DNA from: Balanoglossus misakiensis
Taxonomy: Eukaryota > Animalia > Hemichordata
Reading direction: 5' to 3'
Length of the DNA: 64,000 nt
Assembly (NCBI GenBank): GCA_040954595.2
Contig: CM082598.2
Coordinates: 6,277,097-6,341,096 of the forward strand
Part shown: positions 26,903-38,648 of the stretch, in pieces
Position numbering within the stretch: the stretch's first letter is position 1
How the letters are laid out: every line of letters starts with the position of its first letter
Translations under genes and position numbers: made by a program
The notes under the pieces: generated by a model
What the model saw: only the letters and a program-made list of their open reading frames with translations
Databases searched by the model: none
Told to the model about the DNA's origin: nothing

Positions 26903-27770
26903 GTGAGAAATTGTTACGTAATTGTTTAAAGGAAATCCTATTGTTCAGCGGGAATCTTAACTCATAAAGTGTGTGGCACCTCCATGCTTAACTCCACCGA
27001 ATTCTACCATATATCCGTTCTAAAATAACCCCTGAATGAAATGCAATTTAACTTTCGACATGTTTGTATGTGCCTACGAGTATGGAGCGACAAGAAAAGA
27101 AGTTTAATTACGTAGGCGAATTATGTGAAAATGAGCCCGGGAGCCCCTGGGAGGTGCGTGCGTGACGTCATTGGCGATGCTGATGAGAATGATGGTGAGG
27201 AGGAGGATGAAGAAATGTGGGATGAAGTACTTGCATGGGCAAGAGAAGTCGAAATGACAGGATGTCCCAATAATATACGAGAACACGGAGCAAGTTCTGG
27301 AGTAGATCAGCCAAACAGTTGTATCACTGACTTCACTCTTGAAGAGGCCCTGCCAATACTAGAAAACCATGATGAATACTTTGCTTCTCTGCCACTTCAT
27401 TTCCAAGTCAAGTCCTTTCTCTAATCTCTGAAAGATACTTCAGTGTTTTCACTCAAGCCACATACCACAGCATAGCAGGTTAACACAATCTTGGAGGAAC
27501 TCGCATCCCAAGACAAAATGAGAGAGACAACCCACTATATAGAAAAACAGTGGACAACTATCTACCGCATCCTCAAAGCCAACTGTAAAGCTACTCCAGG
27601 AACTGTAGGAAGTCATGACCGTAAATCTTTCACAGCACATTTTGAACACCTACACAATTACCTGACTGATAATGCTGTTATGCAGTCATTTCAGAATTTA
27701 TGTGGCATTCCACTGTCATCCATCCATACAGAGTGTATGTCCACCATACTTCTTGGCATGAACAAGCTAA

Positions 27771-29804
27771 TTAGGGGACCAAGCGCCCTCAGGCGCTTGG
27801 TCCCCTTCTGTTATTGCTGGAGTTTTTCTTCTTTCTTCTTGAGTCGTTTTTTTGCTCCCGTTTTGCTCAAAATTCCCTGCTTCTACGCCTATGAAACTTG
27901 GCACGGTGGTTGAGTCCCATGAGTACTAGTGCACCTGCCCTTTGAATTTGTAATTAGTCACGTGACTTGGTGGCTATAATCGAGCGAAATTTTCAAATTG
28001 ACCTAATTTGCACGTTAATGGGGGCATGTACATTCTTTTCGCGATTTTCGTAGACCATGTGGCCAAAATCCCCTGTGCCAAATTTTTAGGTCCTAGGCCA
28101 CGTCGATTTTGAGAAGAAGATTTTTGTAATATTTTTCGCATTTTTTGGTGGGCTGAGGACAAACACTGGGGCATCGGACTTTGACCGTCATTACGTAATG
28201 TTGTGGAGATCTCATTAGCAGGAGGGTTGCAGTAGTCCTTTAAAAATCGGCTGAAATACGTAAACAGACCAGTGATTATTTTCCACGGAATGAATTTTGG
28301 GACAACACATTATCAGAGTTCAGGCTGTGTTAGGGCGATTAATTGAATTACGCTGAGTTTCTTAGCTGTTGCCGTTTAAATGTATCTCTGCAGCCCCGGC
28401 TACACCGGTTAACATTCAATGTAATGCGGCAGCGGACTTTGACCCTCAGTCGCTAATGTTGTGGGAGGTTTCATTAGCATTTAGGTGGTCACATGTAGTG
28501 GATAGTAGTTCGGGAAATTGGCCGAAATACATAAGCAGACCAGTGATTTCCTTGCACGAAGGGAGTATAGTACCATCAGAGATCAGGCTTCGTTGCCGTT
28601 CAAATGTTCCTACTTCAGTCGTGACGTTGCAACTGAACGTTCAGTATGGGGTTCGGCCCGCAGGTGGCCGTGGGGGTTATCAGGTCGCCCGTAATGGCAC
28701 GCAGCTTCATGCAGCTCTATGGGACCATGCGTAACTCTATTATGTGCATGCGTAATTGTGGGGTCAATGAAAGGGATGCTAGCATGGTATTTGTTGCACA
28801 TGGATCAATATGAAGTCCGATTTTCCTGTCAAGTTGTGGGCGACCTTATGTGATATTTCACCTACTTTTGCTTAGTGAATAACAGCAGATGCATGCAGCT
28901 TTGGCGTGGTGGGGGGGGGATATACGGATGGGACCATAATGATATACCAAAGGCGGGGTCACCCGTTGCACCTGCCGAAGTCATTGATTTTGTACATTTA
29001 ATTGGACACTAACCAACAGGGCGATATGTGTGGTTTTTGTTCCACACGGACGAATGTAAGTGTCAGTTGGTTTTTGCCCAAATGTATAAGGTGATTTGGA
29101 TGACCTCTGTCGTACAGTGCCATATCTCAGCACGTTGTGCAGGTGCAGCTTTGGTATTTGGAGGGATGAAACTATCATGAAATGCCAAATACATGGGGAT
29201 ACCTGTGACACCTGCTTGATTCATGTATTCCGTGCATACCTAATGGTAGGCGAAGTGAAAGGGCTGCAAATGTCGGATTTGTTGCACATGACATAAACAG
29301 GAATGAAAATTTTTTGTCAAATATTTGGTTGACCTCAGGTGTCCATTGACCTGCTTTCCATATGTTAGCATGCAAATCATATATAGCCAGGTGTTTGGAG
29401 GGGTAGGTAGGACCTCTGCGTCATGAAATGCTAAATTCCTGGGGCCACCTGTAACTTACTTGCGTAACTCATTTTATGGTCATATCTAATTTGACCAACC
29501 CAAAGGGCGAGGATTTTCCGTTGTCTTGAATATGAACCAAATAAGAATCAAAATTTTTGGTCCAATTTTTGGGTACCCTCAGCTGACCTTTGAAGTACTT
29601 ACTGAAGTACTTACAACGTAGAAGTTCACCTTTGGTTGTTGTTTTTGTACTTGTACGACATGCATTTCAGGTGGTTGCCTACTTCCCCATATCTCAACAT
29701 CGAGAGCAAATACAGCCTACGCATTTGAATGGTACAACCCTGAATGGAGTCTAATGGTTATTAACTCTATGCTTGGGCCCCTTCAATGCTGCTTGCAGCT
29801 TTAA
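27771..29804 (+). mobile_element. Complete Helentron-associated non-autonomous element (HINE-like), ~2.03 kb
   Basis: 5' perfect hairpin AGGGGACCAAGCGCC-CTCA-GGCGCTTGGTCCCCT (27773-27806), followed by a TTC-rich tract. 3' subTIR GCTTGGGCCCCT (29771-29782), hairpin GCTGC-TT-GCAGC and TTTAA. Inserted at a TT site; excision restores the host ORF. Confidence 0.85.
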
Positions 29805-30538
29805 TTATCCAAGAAGTTACAGATATTGCCAGAGCACAGTGGTCCCCAGGAGTGAATGATAATAGAGAGATACAGGATTCAGGGAAAGCCAAGGTCCGCT
29901 ATGTTGGGGGATGGGCTGTAACAAAGTGCCTCTATAAATACCGCAGGTATCTCTTGTCATACAGTTCCTCTCTTGTGCCCACAGTCCGCCAGCAGTTACA
30001 GAGACATTACCAGAAAAAAGACTTAGTTGAAAGTCTTGTCTAGTCTTCACAGTATGTACACGAACATTCCCAGCACAGAGAGACATTATCAGTAACTGAC
30101 TTCAAACAGTATGCACGTGGTGGGCTTCTCCACATCAGTGACTCTGCGTACAGTTTATTTTTAACATTGGAGAAAGAGAGAGCGTCACAGTAATTTCCAG
30201 AACCACAAATCAGACCTGATTGACTGGGCTAAAGAGTGTCTACTGAAGAATAGCTGTGTACGTGATCTATTCTCAGGTTTATTTGATCCAGTTGAAGAGG
30301 CGAAGGACTGTGCTGGATATATGTAGTCAGTTATGGGAGAAGTGTATTCTGATATTGTTCATCTCTATGTGAAGATGGGAGCAGGCCAGTTTCTGAGAGA
30401 CCAGAAGTGCTACATGCAGCTAAAGAAGACCGAAGCACACAGAAAGAAGGTAATGCAACGAGAGCATAAAGCAACGGAAAAGAATGCCAAGGTGGCCCTG
30501 GAAGTGATCAAGACAGACATCAGTGACGGGAAACATAC

Positions 30539-30725
30539 TGTTGAGAACAGTATGAATTAGTAATTATATATGTACGTTTACCCGCCCACTCTCTGGTATG
30601 TAACCACGCCCATTTGAAGGGCACGTGTAGAGCATGGTGCCGGTAATGAAGTAGAAGTTGCTTAGTGTTGTTACTTGACACACGTCTCCGTTCCATTCTC
30701 TAAGTACAATCGAACCCCGCGTGCA
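30539..30725 (+). repeat. BEL/Pao 5' LTR (two small deletions relative to the 3' LTR)
   Basis: Near-identical to 36424-36618. Lacks an ~8-bp GTGTTCCA segment and the terminal TTCAAGCACACA. Confidence 0.92.
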
Positions 30726-30729
30726 TTGA

Positions 30730-30747
30730 TGGTGCCGAGACCAGGAT
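30730..30747 (+). promoter_or_regulatory. Primer-binding site, probably tRNA-His
   Basis: TGGTGCCGAGACCAGGAT closely matches the complement of the animal tRNA-His 3' end as I recall it (TGGTGCCGTGACCAGGAT). Confidence 0.75.
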
Positions 30748-30764
30748 ACTGTACTTGAGACGAG

Positions 30765-32235
30765 ATGGATAATCTGGAACGAATGAAAAGGAGCAGAACC
30801 GCACACCGCGGGCAGATGACCAAGATTCTCAATCAATTAGACCAAGCTTTCGATGCCGCAAAATCAGAAGTCGACGAGACAATATTGGACGTCATCCACG
30901 CTAAGTTGGAAGTACCCTCCGCAAAACTACAGCACTTCCAAGATTTAGATAACAGCATCCTCGACAAGACAGATGATGAAGAGTTAGAAGAAGCCACAAC
31001 AAATACCGATGAATACCACAACGACGTCAAACAAAGGTTGGTCATTTTTCAGAGACATTTAAGTAGACTGAGCATGAAAGTCGGAAGAGGCGAGGAAACA
31101 AAGCTCAGTCCAACAGCGGCTTCGTTCATGCCAAATGTAACACAGACAACCTACAAGAACGTACAACTTCCAAAACTATCGTTAGCAAAGTTTTCCGGGA
31201 ATGTGCTGGAGTGGCAAAGTTTTTTCGATGGCTTCCTGGCTGCAGTACATAGTGACAAGAGCTTGAACGATGTTCAGAAATTACATTACTTGAGAGGACA
31301 ACTCTCTGGCAAAGCAGCTAGGGCCATCGAGCGACTTCAACTCACCGAAGCAAACTATTCGAATGCTATCGAAATCTTACGCGAACGATATGGTCGAGAC
31401 CACATTATAAAGGCTGCCTACATGAAGGCCCTTTGGGAACTGCCCACACCTAATGAAGACCTTGCGAGTATACGGGAATTTTACGACTCGATCGAAAGCT
31501 ACATTCGAGGTCTGAGATCGCTCGGAAAGGACGAATCGTCATACGGGGACCTGCTCGTGCCAATCATTATGGAGAAACTACCGGGTAGAATGCGCGAATT
31601 CATAGCCAGAGATCATGGTTCATCCCGCGAGTGGACACTACAGAAATTACGCGAGGCTATACAACGAGAAATAGATGCTATGGAAGCCGGACAATCGTTA
31701 TCCGCATTATCTATATCGCCGCTAAGCCACCATGAAACACAACCGCGCGCAACAGCCGCATTCTACACCAAAACAAAGTCTACACCGCGAAAATGCCCAT
31801 ATTGCAAAGAAGAATCGCACAACCCTCTTAACTGTAACAAGGTAACCACCGCAGATCAGCGATTAGAAATCGTAAAACGCGAACGCCTTTGCTTCAATTG
31901 CTTGGGTAACCATCGAGTTTCTCAGTGTAAGTCGAAAAACCGCTGCAGAAACTGTAAGCGAAAGCATCACACGTCGTTGTGTTCACCAACGCAATCCGCA
32001 GAAAAAAGGGACAGACAAGCTGAAACAGCAGAAGCTCCCACCACAGTTCACGCGAAATCGGTCTCGACAGTAGAAACCAACTCTCCTACCGACATGAGTC
32101 TCGCAACCGCAACGGACAGAGGAGCCGTGTTGTTGAAAACCGCCGTAGCGCAAGTCTCTAGCCCCTCAACAATCGCGACAGCTACGATACTGATCGACGA
32201 AGGAGCCACTAAGTCCTTCATCACACAAGATAGAA
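30765..32235 (+). CDS. gag: BEL/Pao Gag plus aspartic protease start (the ORF runs on out of frame to 32522)
   Basis: LPKLSLAKFSGNVLEWQSFFDGF (DUF1759-type). Three Cys-His knuckles: CPYC..H....C, CFNC..H....C, CRNC...HHTSLC. Protease motif ILIDEGATKSFIT. Confidence 0.9.
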
Positions 32236-32307
32236 TCAGACCGCTCACAAGTAATCGATCTTGCCGCATTTGGAGACACGAAAACCTCTGCGAGGTCTCT
32301 CAATCAA

Positions 32308-35300
32308 GTGACATTCTCATTGCACACTACTTCTGGATCGAAGCTAGATATTACCGCGCTAGTCGTGCCCAAAATATCGGCGCCCTTGAGGAATCTCATC
32401 AGCCCCTCTATATTAGAGCTACCGCATTTAAGGGGTTTGAACTTCGCGCACCCGCACTCAGATTCGGACACTTTCGAAATATCTATACTTCTCAGAGCCG
32501 ATTATTATTGGCAGTTGATTGAAGATGAGATCATCCGCGGAAAGGGGCCAACAGCTGTGAAATCGAAATTGGGATATCTTCTATCGGGACCGACTCACAC
32601 CCGCGATCTGAAAACAAACACCGTTCTGCACATCGCCACAGAGCTAAGACAGGAAGAATCGGATCTGAAAGCCTTTTGGGACTTAGAGACAATCGGCGTC
32701 AAGGGAGATCCCCAAATAAACGATAAAATGACAGGATATGAAACTTACTGCAAAGACAATATCGATTTCCAAGATGGCCATTACGTCGCCCGCCTTCCAT
32801 GGAAACCAGACCACCCACCCCTGCCAACAAACTACAAGATAACTAACAATCGCACGCGCGCCATGGTGAGAAGATTGGACATGGAGTCACGACTTGCGTA
32901 TGATAATATCATACAGGAACAAACACGAAAGGGGTTTATAGAATTAGTAACGGACGATCACACAACAGAAGGCCACTATCTTCCACATCATCCAGTTAAG
33001 AAGGATTCCGGAACAACTCCGATAAGAATCGTGTATGATTGCAGTTGCCAGGCAGGAAACGGAGCAAGTCTAAATGACTGTTTGTCGACAGGGGCTCCGC
33101 TACTGAACGATCTGACTTCGATATTGATTCGCTTTCGTATGCATCGGTTCGCACTGTCGGCAGACATAGAGAAAGCCTTTCTACAGATCGGGTTACACAA
33201 CGAAGACCGCGACTATACGAAGTTTTTATGGCCATCGGACTACCGCGATCCGGAAAGCAAGTTTGACGTTTACCGTTTCAAGACAGTTTTGTTTGGTGCA
33301 GTGTCGTCGCCCTTCATTTTAAACGCGGTCATCCAAACACACCTGGACTCAAATATCTCAAACGTGTGTCGCGACATCAAAGAAAACATCTACGTCGATA
33401 ACGTCTTGAGTGGAGTAGACACTGAAGATGATGCGTGTGATTACTACAGTGAAGCCAAGTCGGTAATGGATAAGGGCGGTTTCAATCTCCGTTCGTGGGC
33501 CTCGAACTGTTCGGAATTACGCGACCTAGCGAAGCAGCATCAGGATTTAGACAACGACACAACGGTGAATGCCTTCGGCCTACTTTGGAACACTGAGTCT
33601 GATGCAATTTCGTACAAACGAAAGGAACTTGACAACGGAAATCTGGTAACTAAGAGAGAAATCGTCCGCAACACCGCAAAGATGTATGACCCGCTTGGAC
33701 TTCTCGCGCCTATACTAGTGAAGGCAAAATGTCTCATTCAAGAAGTTTGGAAACAAAATGTACAATGGGACGAACCACTACCGCAAATTCTGAGTGACAC
33801 TTGGACGAACATACGCAGAGACTTACTTACCGCAACAGATGAGTTCTCGATCAACAGGAAATACTTCGAATGCCAGGCTAATTGTCAAGAACCTTATGAA
33901 TTACATGTGTTTGCAGATGCCAGTGTCAAGGCGTACGGTGCCGTCGCTTATCTTTGCCATGGCAACAACACTGCTCTTGTCATGTCCAAGACTAGAGTTG
34001 CCCCAACAAAGCCCATCACGCTTCCACGCCTGGAATTGCTGGCCGCGTTGATTGCAGCCCGCCTGTTGAAATTCATCCGAAATAGCCTCATGCAGCAGGG
34101 AAACATCAAAATCACACAGTGCGTCTTATGGTCCGACAGCCAAATAGTATTACACTGGATTAACAGCCGTCGAACTTTACCAACTTTCGTTGGGAACCGC
34201 GTACGAGAAATCAAATCAACACCAGTGGATGTGTTTAATTATTGCCCTACTGACAGCAATCCGGCGGACATTATCACACGTGGAATCGCCGCTTGTAAAC
34301 TACGTGAGAATGCACTATGGTGGACCGGCCCATATTGGCTGAAAAACGGTGAATGGCCCGCGTCAACTGTCAACTTCAATGCAGCCGCTATTGATGAACG
34401 CGACCAAGCTCAGATCACCGGGTCATTTGAGGCCATCGCTACTCCGCGTCGCCATGGTGACACGTGTGAAGACATAGCGACTGTTATACACGCGACTCGC
34501 TATAGCTCATACGCCAAACTGTTACGTATTACCGCTCACGTGAGAAGATTCGTTTCAAACTGCAGAAAAGCCCGCGATAAAAGAAATGTCGGACCTATCT
34601 CAGGTACAGGAATACGCGACGCTGAGAGAATGTGGATTTTGAGCGTTCAGCGAAGGCATTACAGTAGTGAAATCGATTTACTACAGTCAGAGAAAGGCAA
34701 ATTGGGAACTTTGGCCAAGCAGCTTGGCCTATTCATGGATGATCAAGAACTGATCCGCGTCGGAGGTAGACTTCATAACTCACCTCTGGACTATGATACA
34801 AAGTTTCCCGCACTGCTACCAGCGAAGGAACATTTCACACAGCTACTTATAGCAGATGCACACAAGAAAGTCGCGCATGGAGGGCTAACCTCGACGGTTA
34901 CGTATATCCGCAAACGGTTCTGGATCACCAAAATAAGGCAGGTAGTGAAGACCTATCTACGAAACTGTGTCACGTGTAGGAGAATCCATAGCAAACCCTT
35001 CAAAGCTCCAGTAACCGCACCACTTCAGACACTCAGACTGTTAGAAGCCCCGCCGTTTACAGTGACTGGCGTGGACTTCACTGGGGCGTTCTACGTGAAG
35101 GAAGAAAGGGGTGGATGCAAAGCCTACGCCTGTCTGTTCACGTGCGCAGTTACGCGTGCCGTTCATCTGGAGCTAGTACATGACTTGTCGACGCAAAGTT
35201 TCCTCCGCGCCTTCCGTCGGTTTTCAGCGAGACGATCGACACCACGCTACATGATTTCCGACAACGCGACAACATATGAATGTGCAGCAGATGAACTACA

Positions 35301-36123
35301 ACGACTTTTTGAGTCTCCTGTTGTCAAGACGTATTTGGCTGACAACAGAATTGACTGGAAATTCATACCAAAGCGTGCCCCATGGTTTGGGGGATTTTAC
35401 GAGCGATTAATAGGCATCACGAAAACCGCACTGAAGAAAGTACTTGGGCGGTCCTTTGTTACGTTCGACGAACTACAAACTGTTTTGACGGAAGTCGAAG
35501 CAATCATCAATGATCGTCCTCTCACTTATACGTCCACAAATCACGGAGACCCGCAGCCGCTGACGCCGTCTCACTTGTTACATGGCAGACAACTTACAGG
35601 GTTGCCCTATGACACGCCTGACATCGACGAAATGAAGGATCCGACATATGGGATCACCAAGTCAGCGCTACAAACTCGTGCGGATTACCTGGCCAAGTTG
35701 CATTTCTGGCAGAGATGGTCGAGGGAATATTTGACATCACTTCGTGAAAGAGACATGGTGAAAAGGGAAGGACGAACAGAGAACGTCATCAATGTCGGCG
35801 ATGTCGTTTTAGTTGAGGACAGCCGTACACCACGTATGAAATGGAACTTAGCAGTAGTGGAAGGATTGAATTACGGCAATGACAATCTTGTGCGATCTGC
35901 CAAAATAAAAACTCGGTATGGCCGTACTAATCGCCCTATTAGGAAACTGTATCCGATTATGGAACTTGCCGTCAAAACTGACACTGACAGAGCTGACTCT
36001 GAAATTGACAATGACAAGGCTGGTACAAATGGACAAGTAAACCATGCCCAGCCCGATAGAATTAGTCGTGCCGCAGCAGTGAAGGCACGTGACCGTATCA
36101 AAAAATGGTCGTATGCTCTGTGA
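32308..36123 (+). CDS. pol: BEL/Pao Pol (protease C-terminal part, RT, RNase H, integrase)
   Basis: YLPHHPV, ADIEKAFLQI, YVDN, ELHVFADAS, LPRLELLAA, WSDSQ, H..H..C..C, GVDFTG, SDNAT, GGFYER, FWQRWSREYL. Frameshifted from gag near 32230. Confidence 0.95.
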   Translation: MTFSLHTTSGSKLDITALVVPKISAPLRNLISPSILELPHLRGLNFAHPHSDSDTFEISILLRADYYWQLIEDEIIRGKGPTAVKSKLGYLLSGPTHTRDLKTNTVLHIATELRQEESDLKAFWDLETIGVKGDPQINDKMTGYETYCKDNIDFQDGHYVARLPWKPDHPPLPTNYKITNNRTRAMVRRLDMESRLAYDNIIQEQTRKGFIELVTDDHTTEGHYLPHHPVKKDSGTTPIRIVYDCSCQAGNGASLNDCLSTGAPLLNDLTSILIRFRMHRFALSADIEKAFLQIGLHNEDRDYTKFLWPSDYRDPESKFDVYRFKTVLFGAVSSPFILNAVIQTHLDSNISNVCRDIKENIYVDNVLSGVDTEDDACDYYSEAKSVMDKGGFNLRSWASNCSELRDLAKQHQDLDNDTTVNAFGLLWNTESDAISYKRKELDNGNLVTKREIVRNTAKMYDPLGLLAPILVKAKCLIQEVWKQNVQWDEPLPQILSDTWTNIRRDLLTATDEFSINRKYFECQANCQEPYELHVFADASVKAYGAVAYLCHGNNTALVMSKTRVAPTKPITLPRLELLAALIAARLLKFIRNSLMQQGNIKITQCVLWSDSQIVLHWINSRRTLPTFVGNRVREIKSTPVDVFNYCPTDSNPADIITRGIAACKLRENALWWTGPYWLKNGEWPASTVNFNAAAIDERDQAQITGSFEAIATPRRHGDTCEDIATVIHATRYSSYAKLLRITAHVRRFVSNCRKARDKRNVGPISGTGIRDAERMWILSVQRRHYSSEIDLLQSEKGKLGTLAKQLGLFMDDQELIRVGGRLHNSPLDYDTKFPALLPAKEHFTQLLIADAHKKVAHGGLTSTVTYIRKRFWITKIRQVVKTYLRNCVTCRRIHSKPFKAPVTAPLQTLRLLEAPPFTVTGVDFTGAFYVKEERGGCKAYACLFTCAVTRAVHLELVHDLSTQSFLRAFRRFSARRSTPRYMISDNATTYECAADELQRLFESPVVKTYLADNRIDWKFIPKRAPWFGGFYERLIGITKTALKKVLGRSFVTFDELQTVLTEVEAIINDRPLTYTSTNHGDPQPLTPSHLLHGRQLTGLPYDTPDIDEMKDPTYGITKSALQTRADYLAKLHFWQRWSREYLTSLRERDMVKREGRTENVINVGDVVLVEDSRTPRMKWNLAVVEGLNYGNDNLVRSAKIKTRYGRTNRPIRKLYPIMELAVKTDTDRADSEIDNDKAGTNGQVNHAQPDRISRAAAVKARDRIKKWSYAL

Positions 36124-36423
36124 AACTGATTTGAACTGAGAAGTAATGTTTCACAGCAATGAACATCGTTCAGTTTGTATTAGTTAATGTAAACTGCAGT
36201 TCCTTTTCGGGAGCAAGTTACTAGTATATTGTTTGAAAGCTGTTTGTTTCATATTGATTCTGTGACCGTTAACGTAAACATGTTAGATTTTCATCTGTCG
36301 TTAAACTTCGATAGTTAGATTCAATTCGAGTAACAAGGTCGACATCTGTTTAGAATTAGGCTTTATAGCAACCAACTGATTGATCTGAGTTTCTGTCGCC
36401 AACCATTTCGGCGGGCGGAGTGA

Positions 36424-36631
36424 TGTTGAGAACAGTATGAATTAGTAATTAGTGTTCCATATATGTACGTTTACCCGCCCACTCTCTGGTATGTAACCAC
36501 GCCCATTTGAAGGGCACGTGTAGAGCATGGTGCCGGTAATAAAGTAGAAGTTGCTTAGTGTTGTTACTTGACACACGTCTCCGTTCCATTCTCTAAGTAC
36601 AATCGAACCCCGCGTGCATTTCAAGCACACA
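36424..36631 (+). repeat. BEL/Pao 3' LTR (208 bp)
   Basis: TGTTGAGAAC...AAGCACACA. Contains AATAAA and is followed by the TSD CATAC. Confidence 0.93.
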
Positions 36632-37241
36632 CATACCTCACACTCATTGATCAGCGCCAGAGTGATAGAAAACCCACAGTATTCGACTGTACACCAACGA
36701 TGAATTAAAGACTTTGTTTGGATTGTATAACCTAAGATACATTCAAAGCTACAGTACGAGTAAACTAAATGATATTCTGGTAAAAAAATAAGGGATTGTG
36801 ACAGAATTCCTAGACATGAAAGACTGAATTGAACTTTCATGCACAAATGGCCTTCATGAAATCAGACAAGTGTACAAGTTTAATTGTAAATTGATGACTG
36901 TGTATTTACATGCTCTATCTACATAACATTTTCTTGCATTGAAATCATTTGAAACTATATTTTTGTATGAAAACATTTGAAAAGACAAATTGGGTATACA
37001 AATAATGAATTCTTATATAGAAAACATACTACTCATGTCATATTGTGCTATTATTAAATATATGTCCAAGATTTCATTTACAAGTCAGTCATCTCTGCTC
37101 AATGTTCATTTACATTATCTATATAAGGGACTTGGTTTGTATTTTACGTATCAGATCTGTACAAATCTCAGGCGGTGCTTTCAAAGTTTGTTAAGAAAAC
37201 AAACCAAAATGCTTCAGATTTTTATGAACTTTTCAGTGACT

Positions 37242-38648
37242 TTACTCATCAACATCACTGTGTTTCCTCTTACCATTAAGAGCAATTGGCTTAAAGAGGG
37301 GCATGAAGTCCAAATTACCAGTGTTGCTTTTCTTTGTCATTGTGGTTTGTCCTAAACATATGGCATTAATTCCTGAACCATACTGTGCATACTGGGGATT
37401 TGCGTTTTGTCCATTTTTGCCTCGCTGTTGACAGAACACATTTTCAACCAGATTACTTTTTGTCCGGGCAGCTACAACTCCACTACCCAGATTCCTTAGG
37501 AAGCTGATTTCACAAATTTCCTTGAATCCAAGAACCATAGAATGTATATCAAACCTTGTCTGATCTGACAGTAACTTCTTATTTTTCTGAGATGCAGACT
37601 CCTGTAATGAATTCGCTCTCCTTTCCCACTGCTTAAAAAACTCCAAAATCTTATCGTTTTCTGTCAAACGTGGGTCTTGAATACAGTAATAAAGCCTCAT
37701 ATCTGTGAAATTTGCAATCATTTTGCTAGTGTTGTCCAATAGCTCAACTGTGGCACTGATGTCTTTACACTCAATTTCTGATGCACCCTGTTGTACACGA
37801 AATTTCTTGAACTCCTGTAGTAAAATACAAGAAAGTCCATTGCGTTACAGCAATAAAACAGTATTTCCGATACATAAACATCTCAAATTGCAAAAATACA
37901 ATGATGTCACAAATGTCACATGTAATTGTAGGCATTTAGTATACGCATAACATATAGCATACTGGCTAAAATATTTTTATTCCTGACTTATAGAATCATG
38001 AAAAGTGACCAAGTTATTGTATTGGAAAAATTGAAAAATAATTTTACCTTCATAAGATACAACATGTCCTTGTTCAAAACTTGTTCTGCCAAGTGTTTGC
38101 GCATACGTGATGCTGGATTCAAATCAAAATGGCCTGGTTTCAACACATGGTGAAGAGGGAGGGTGTGGGTTTCTTGATCAAATCTGTATGCATCTTTCCA
38201 GTGCCGCCACAAAATCTTGCCTTCTCCATTCCAGTCCGGGTTGCCTTTGTAGCTTCGGAACTCTTTTCAATGCCATTGCGAATTTTCTTGAAGTTGTGCT
38301 GAAACAAAAATTTTATACTGCAATTATACAACTTTCAAACTTTGGTATATGAGAATCATTGAACAAATTGTAAGTTTTGACAGACAGATCATTATTATGA
38401 TAAAATAAATATAATTTTGTGTTTTGGTAATTATAATGGTCTGTGTAGTATGCCTTTGTGTAGTGTGCTAGTGTGGATCATATGTATGACAATTGAAGCG
38501 TCTTGCCATTATGCTACTTACCCAATGATCCATACAGAACATCATAGGCTCACAGGTGTAGATATTCAATGTTGTGAAATTTTCTTCAGCTGGTTCCTCA
38601 TCTTTAAAATGCATTTGAACAAATGAGCAATTGGCTTGACCCCCACCA
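37242..38648 (-). pseudogene. Gene C: spliced P-element/THAP9-like transposase, 5'-truncated by the satellite
   Basis: Exons ~38648-38522 (GGGQANCSF...FCMDHW), 38298-38048 (HNFKKIRN..ILWRHW..HFDLNPASRMRKHLAEQVL; one frameshift) and 37814-37242 (LLSDQT..SNLVENVFCQQRGKNGQNANP). GT-AG introns. Motifs match P-family DxxHxxKxxRN, the GTP-binding insertion and ENxFxxxR..NP. Confidence 0.8.

Larger units (their letters stand above)
30539..36631 (+). mobile_element. Full-length BEL/Pao LTR retrotransposon
   Basis: LTRs at 30539-~30725 and 36424-36631 (TG...CA). 5-bp TSD CATAC at 30534-30538 and 36632-36636. PBS at 30730; purine-rich tract GGCGGGCGGAG just before the 3' LTR; gag-pol between the LTRs. 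Confidence 0.96.
27082..36830 (+). pseudogene. Gene B: uncharacterised protein with P-transposase C-terminal-like motifs and a SAP/HeH-like tail, split by two insertions
   Basis: Removing the HINE restores ..LLGMNKL|IIQEVTDIAR.. in frame. Removing the BEL element and one CATAC restores ..ISDGKHT|SHSLISARVIENPQY. Motifs: KVRYVGGWAVTKC, RGGLLHISDSAYSLFLTLE, LYTNDELKTLFGLYNL..KLNDILV. Several stops and frameshifts; the start is uncertain. Confidence 0.65.
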
